This document shows positions 60,125-64,000 of a stretch of 64,000 bases of DNA, piece after piece. The DNA is taken from contig JBHGNT010000003.1 of the NCBI GenBank assembly GCA_043228905.1, forward strand, positions 21,886,001-21,950,000, given 5' to 3'. This DNA comes from Azolla caroliniana (taxonomy: Eukaryota; Plantae; Polypodiophyta). The position numbers and the translations under genes were made by a program. The notes under the pieces were generated by a model that did not search any database, was not told the origin of the DNA, and saw only the letters and a program-made list of their open reading frames with translations. How positions within the stretch are numbered: position 1 is the stretch's first letter; every line of letters starts with the position of its first letter.

Positions 60125-63100
60125 ATGGGAGTTTATGAAAAGGACGAGGATCTCTTCCCTGATTGTGGAAAAGAGGAGTCTCTATCTCATAGCAGAAAAG
60201 ATCAGTCTAATGGAAATAGATCCCATAGAGTAAGAGCTCCTTGATTATTTTGATTCCTCTTTTTCATTCTTTTTCTCTTTCTCTGTATTCTATGTTGCTG
60301 CATAATGGATAAAATCTGTATTTGATTGTGCAATCGAGGTTCTGTAAGATTTCTAATGCATTAGTTTCAGCTGATTCTCTTTGAAAGGTAATCAAAGTTG
60401 TCCATAATCTCTTGACATTTTCTGCATAGACTACAATTTTCAAGTGCGATCTAGTTTCTGTAGGATTTTTCACGGCATTCACATTTAAATTTTACTTGTT
60501 CTTTTTGACAGGTAATCAAAACGGTTGTTTTTATATTTATTTTTCATTGCTCAATAGAGTGCATTTTTCTTGTGGATTGGCAATTATATCACTTCTCTCT
60601 TGAGAGGTAGTGAAAATAACCGTTTTTCCTAAGATTTTTATTGTTCAATAGACTGCATTTTCTCATGAATTAGATTAATCTAGGTATTTTATGCATTTAC
60701 TTTTTCTTTTCAAATGAATTGTCATTTTGATGCTACACTTTAATTTAGATGTCATTTCAGTGCTACTTCACATCAATTTTCGCGTTTATTAAAATGCTTG
60801 TTCTTTCGAGAGGTACCAAAACAATTAATGCAACAGAATCTCCAATGCATTTCTTGTTTGAGAAAGAAATGATATTCCTTATATGAAATCGTTTGCCAGG
60901 AATGCTGCATTTATATGTGAGTTCGAGTACTATGAGATTTTGACTGCATTTACTGGTGCATCTACAATTCTTGCAGCTTTGCGGAACTTGTGATATTACC
61001 TCATTTCAAGAAACTAATGCTTTTTATGCCAGCTTTGATTATACATGCCAAATACAATGTGTTCACTCTGTGAGTTGAGTAACTTAGGAGTTTTTAATTC
61101 CCACATTGATGAATGAAAGAGACGGCATTATGGATTTTGTGAGGCAAAGCATACCAATCTATCTATATACTGTGGAGGGTAGTCCTTTCACCTCCATAAC
61201 CGTGTACACCTATGCATGTACATCCTGGCTCATAATTTTGAGCATTAAAGGTGAATACAATGAAAAATGGGCTCTTTCCCATGTAGGAAAATGCAAAATG
61301 TATTGTCAATACATTGTGTGGGATGGAAGTTCTGTACTCATGCGTGCCGTCTAAAGCTTACTGTGAATGCGCACTATATGGCTGGTTTAATATTCACTTA
61401 AGAAAGAGATGATACATCATGATTATTTTAAAAACTTGCGATGTTTTGAAATGAATTTAAAGACGGTATTATAGCAGTGATTATTTGGTCATGCATCTTA
61501 ATTTAGACACAAAGAGTGAACTATAATTCGAAGTATACTTTTCTTCTTTTCCTAAAACAAGTTTGTGATAGAAAAATCTCATAAGGGAAAAAGTGAAAAA
61601 TATGATTTGTATAATTTTTTTTTTTGCAATTGCCCAATGCATGGCTATCTGTTAGCAATTCTATGTGAACATCATGACATCTCTGGAACTCAATATTTGT
61701 GTCTCTTATTGCAATCCTTGAACATTGTGTAGCAAACAAATTTATGATGATTCTCTGATGTTAAGAGTGATGTATCGGATTACTACTGCCATGAAGCATT
61801 TTCAAGGTCCACTTATTCTATCAGTGTAGGTTGCATGGGTAATTTTTCGCATGTTGAGCTTTCCTTAAATATGTTGAAATCAGAGCAAAATCTTCTCTAT
61901 TTCAAATTGTTATTGCTATCTTGGTTCCATGAGGTTTTTTTATACGTATTCAAGTCACTTAGTCCAGTAGGCAGCAACCGATTTTTTTAAAGGATTTTCT
62001 AAACAATGATGATTGTTATTCTATTATAATGTGACAGCGAGATTCCCATGAATCTAAAGGTAGAAACCATACGAAAGATCATGATGTTCCTTCAAAACGT
62101 CAACGTGGAGATGATAGAGTTCGTAAAGAAAAGACAGATAAAAGTAGTGAAAATAGATCTCAAAGAGACAACGATCAGAGATCTCATAGAGATAGCGAAC
62201 ATAGAAGAGGCCGTGATCGTGAAAGAGGGCATGATCATGATAGGTATGTCTCCCATTTTTATGATTTGAATGAAAATTTAGTGTGCACTATATAGAACAT
62301 CTTGTTGATAGAACTTTCCATTAATTTGGCATGATTAACTCATGATAAACTTTCACAATTTTTTGGATTGTAACCTCATTCTAATTCTTAGACTAGTTCG
62401 CTATTATCAAGGAACGTGAGGGGGTATTTATATAATTAAACTGATACAGGCATAGCCAAGGTTACGGTCAGGATCGAGAACGTAGGCACAAACAAAAGTC
62501 TCGATCTCGTTCAAGGCGCAGGTCTAGGCAGCGTTCAAGGTCTCATTCGCTTTCTCGTAATACAAGGTATGCTACATGTTTCAAAAGTCTTGCTATTGTT
62601 ACTTATTAGAGTTAGTCCTCATTAAATGTAAGATACTAGTTAACATACTTAATCTATACAAGTGCAAAACTGGCAAATTATCTCTGTAAATGCAGGAGAA
62701 AGCAAAAGAATGTATCGTATTTTTATTTGGGAGAGAGCTAGAGCGAGAGAGAGATCTATTTATGCTTGAACAGGACTACTCTGCCTATTAGTCAAATCAA
62801 TTTTACGATGTAATCCACGTACATAATCTATTGTAAAACCCGAAATACCTGAAACAAAACAATTGTACTCTAGCATTTCAAGTGATTGTGTTATGATAAA
62901 CATACAGCCATTATAGATATGGATCCCATACAAAATAGATATATGGAAGGTGGGATAAGGATACCTCTGAAAAGGAAGTCATATCTTCATAGTACATTAT
63001 ATGAAGTGGCTACTCTATATCTCTCCCATGTATGATTGGACTTTTTGTATTCTAAGGTCTCTCCGGAGTCTGAGTTCAAGTTCTCATTTTTGTAACGCGA

Positions 63101-63869
63101 TTCTCTATGGATGTGACTTGAAGTGAATGATCACTAATAGTCTCAGTATTGGGATTATGTCTCCCAAGAAGTTTGGGCTTTGCACCTAGGATCTTTTCCT
63201 TGTTCTATTACAACCTCTCTATAGTGATTTGCAATAGATCTTTGCCTTGTTTATTACAAGCTCTCTATAGTTGTTTATGCTGGGCACTTCTGTTTTGGAT
63301 ATGGGCACTTCGGTTTTGGATATGTATCACTGGAAGGCGTAGACCATTCCTGAATAGACTCTTGACAGTACTTTGGTGTCCTCAGATGTTGAGCATCTTT
63401 ACATTCTACATTATCTTTTCTCCACTTTGTTTGCCATGTATCCTAATGGCTTCTAGGGTCTCAAGCCTCAACTGTGTGTTGGATCTATCCAGTGGTCACC
63501 GTCATGTAGGAATCTAATATAATCCTCTTAGCTGTCTTGCAACATGCTGCAATGTTTTTATAAGGCATGATCCTATCCTAGTTTAAAGTTTCTCAATCAG
63601 AGTATATTGTGGAATGTTGAATGTGATCATTAGCATGGTACTCCATTGTCTGATGAACTTATTTTCCTTGCATTCAATGAAAATTGGAGGTTTTTGATCA
63701 AGAGGAACCTTGTTTAGATAATGTAAAGTTCATTTCAGGAATTTTCAGGAATAAATAAAAGACATGTTTGTGTTTACTCTCCTTTTTGATAGATCATCCA
63801 AGCGGCAAAGTGGATTTGACATTGCCTTGCCAGCAGTTTCTTCTTTTGATGCTGGTGGTGCGTTTACAG
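60125..63869 (+). CDS. U2AF large subunit (U2AF65)-like splicing factor, N-terminal exons only; continues beyond the window
   Basis: In-phase GT-AG exons 60125-60229, 62038-62243, 62450-62566 and 63793-63869 encode an RD/RS-rich region followed by SKRQSGFD, resembling the plant U2AF65 SKR.SGFDMAP motif; RRMs are not in the window. Confidence 0.7.
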
Positions 63870-64000
63870 GTTTGTCAGTTTTTTTTCATGTTTCTGTAGC
63901 AGATTCTTTTACTGTGATTGGTAACTAGTTTTCTTAAATAAGACATCAGCAAATCCATATTTTGTGAATGCATGGAAGTTTTTATGTGATTCAAACTGAC

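Noticed and set aside
62048-62269. 73-aa ORF from the ORF track
   Set aside because: Wrong frame; the spliced RD/RS-rich frame starting at 62038 fits the flanking exons

Overview
Eukaryotic nuclear DNA from a land plant, probably a seed-free plant such as a fern (inferred from TE content and gene style, not proven). The left two-thirds (1-41.5 kb) is a nest of retroelements. These are tRNA-Trp-primed Ty3/gypsy elements, tRNA-iMet-primed Ty1/copia elements, a LINE and solo LTRs. They surround and interrupt a tandem array of about 485-bp monomers. Each monomer carries one tRNA-Thr(UGU) gene plus three progressively degenerate tRNA-derived subunits. There are 23 copies in the array, 7 of them identical with a complete cloverleaf, and one orphan copy at 41.2 kb; part of the array shows trimeric higher-order structure. 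Two diverged gypsy elements conserve a G-GAT-TTT-stop slippery site and an open, homologous -1 frame between protease and RT, which points to a pro-pol ribosomal frameshift. The right third is genic: a hAT-type MITE, an intronless PLS-E class PPR gene (+), a 15-exon Mg-chelatase subunit D gene (CHLD, -), an inverted pair of tRNA-headed SINE-like repeats, and the first four coding exons of a U2AF65-like splicing factor (+), which runs off the window.
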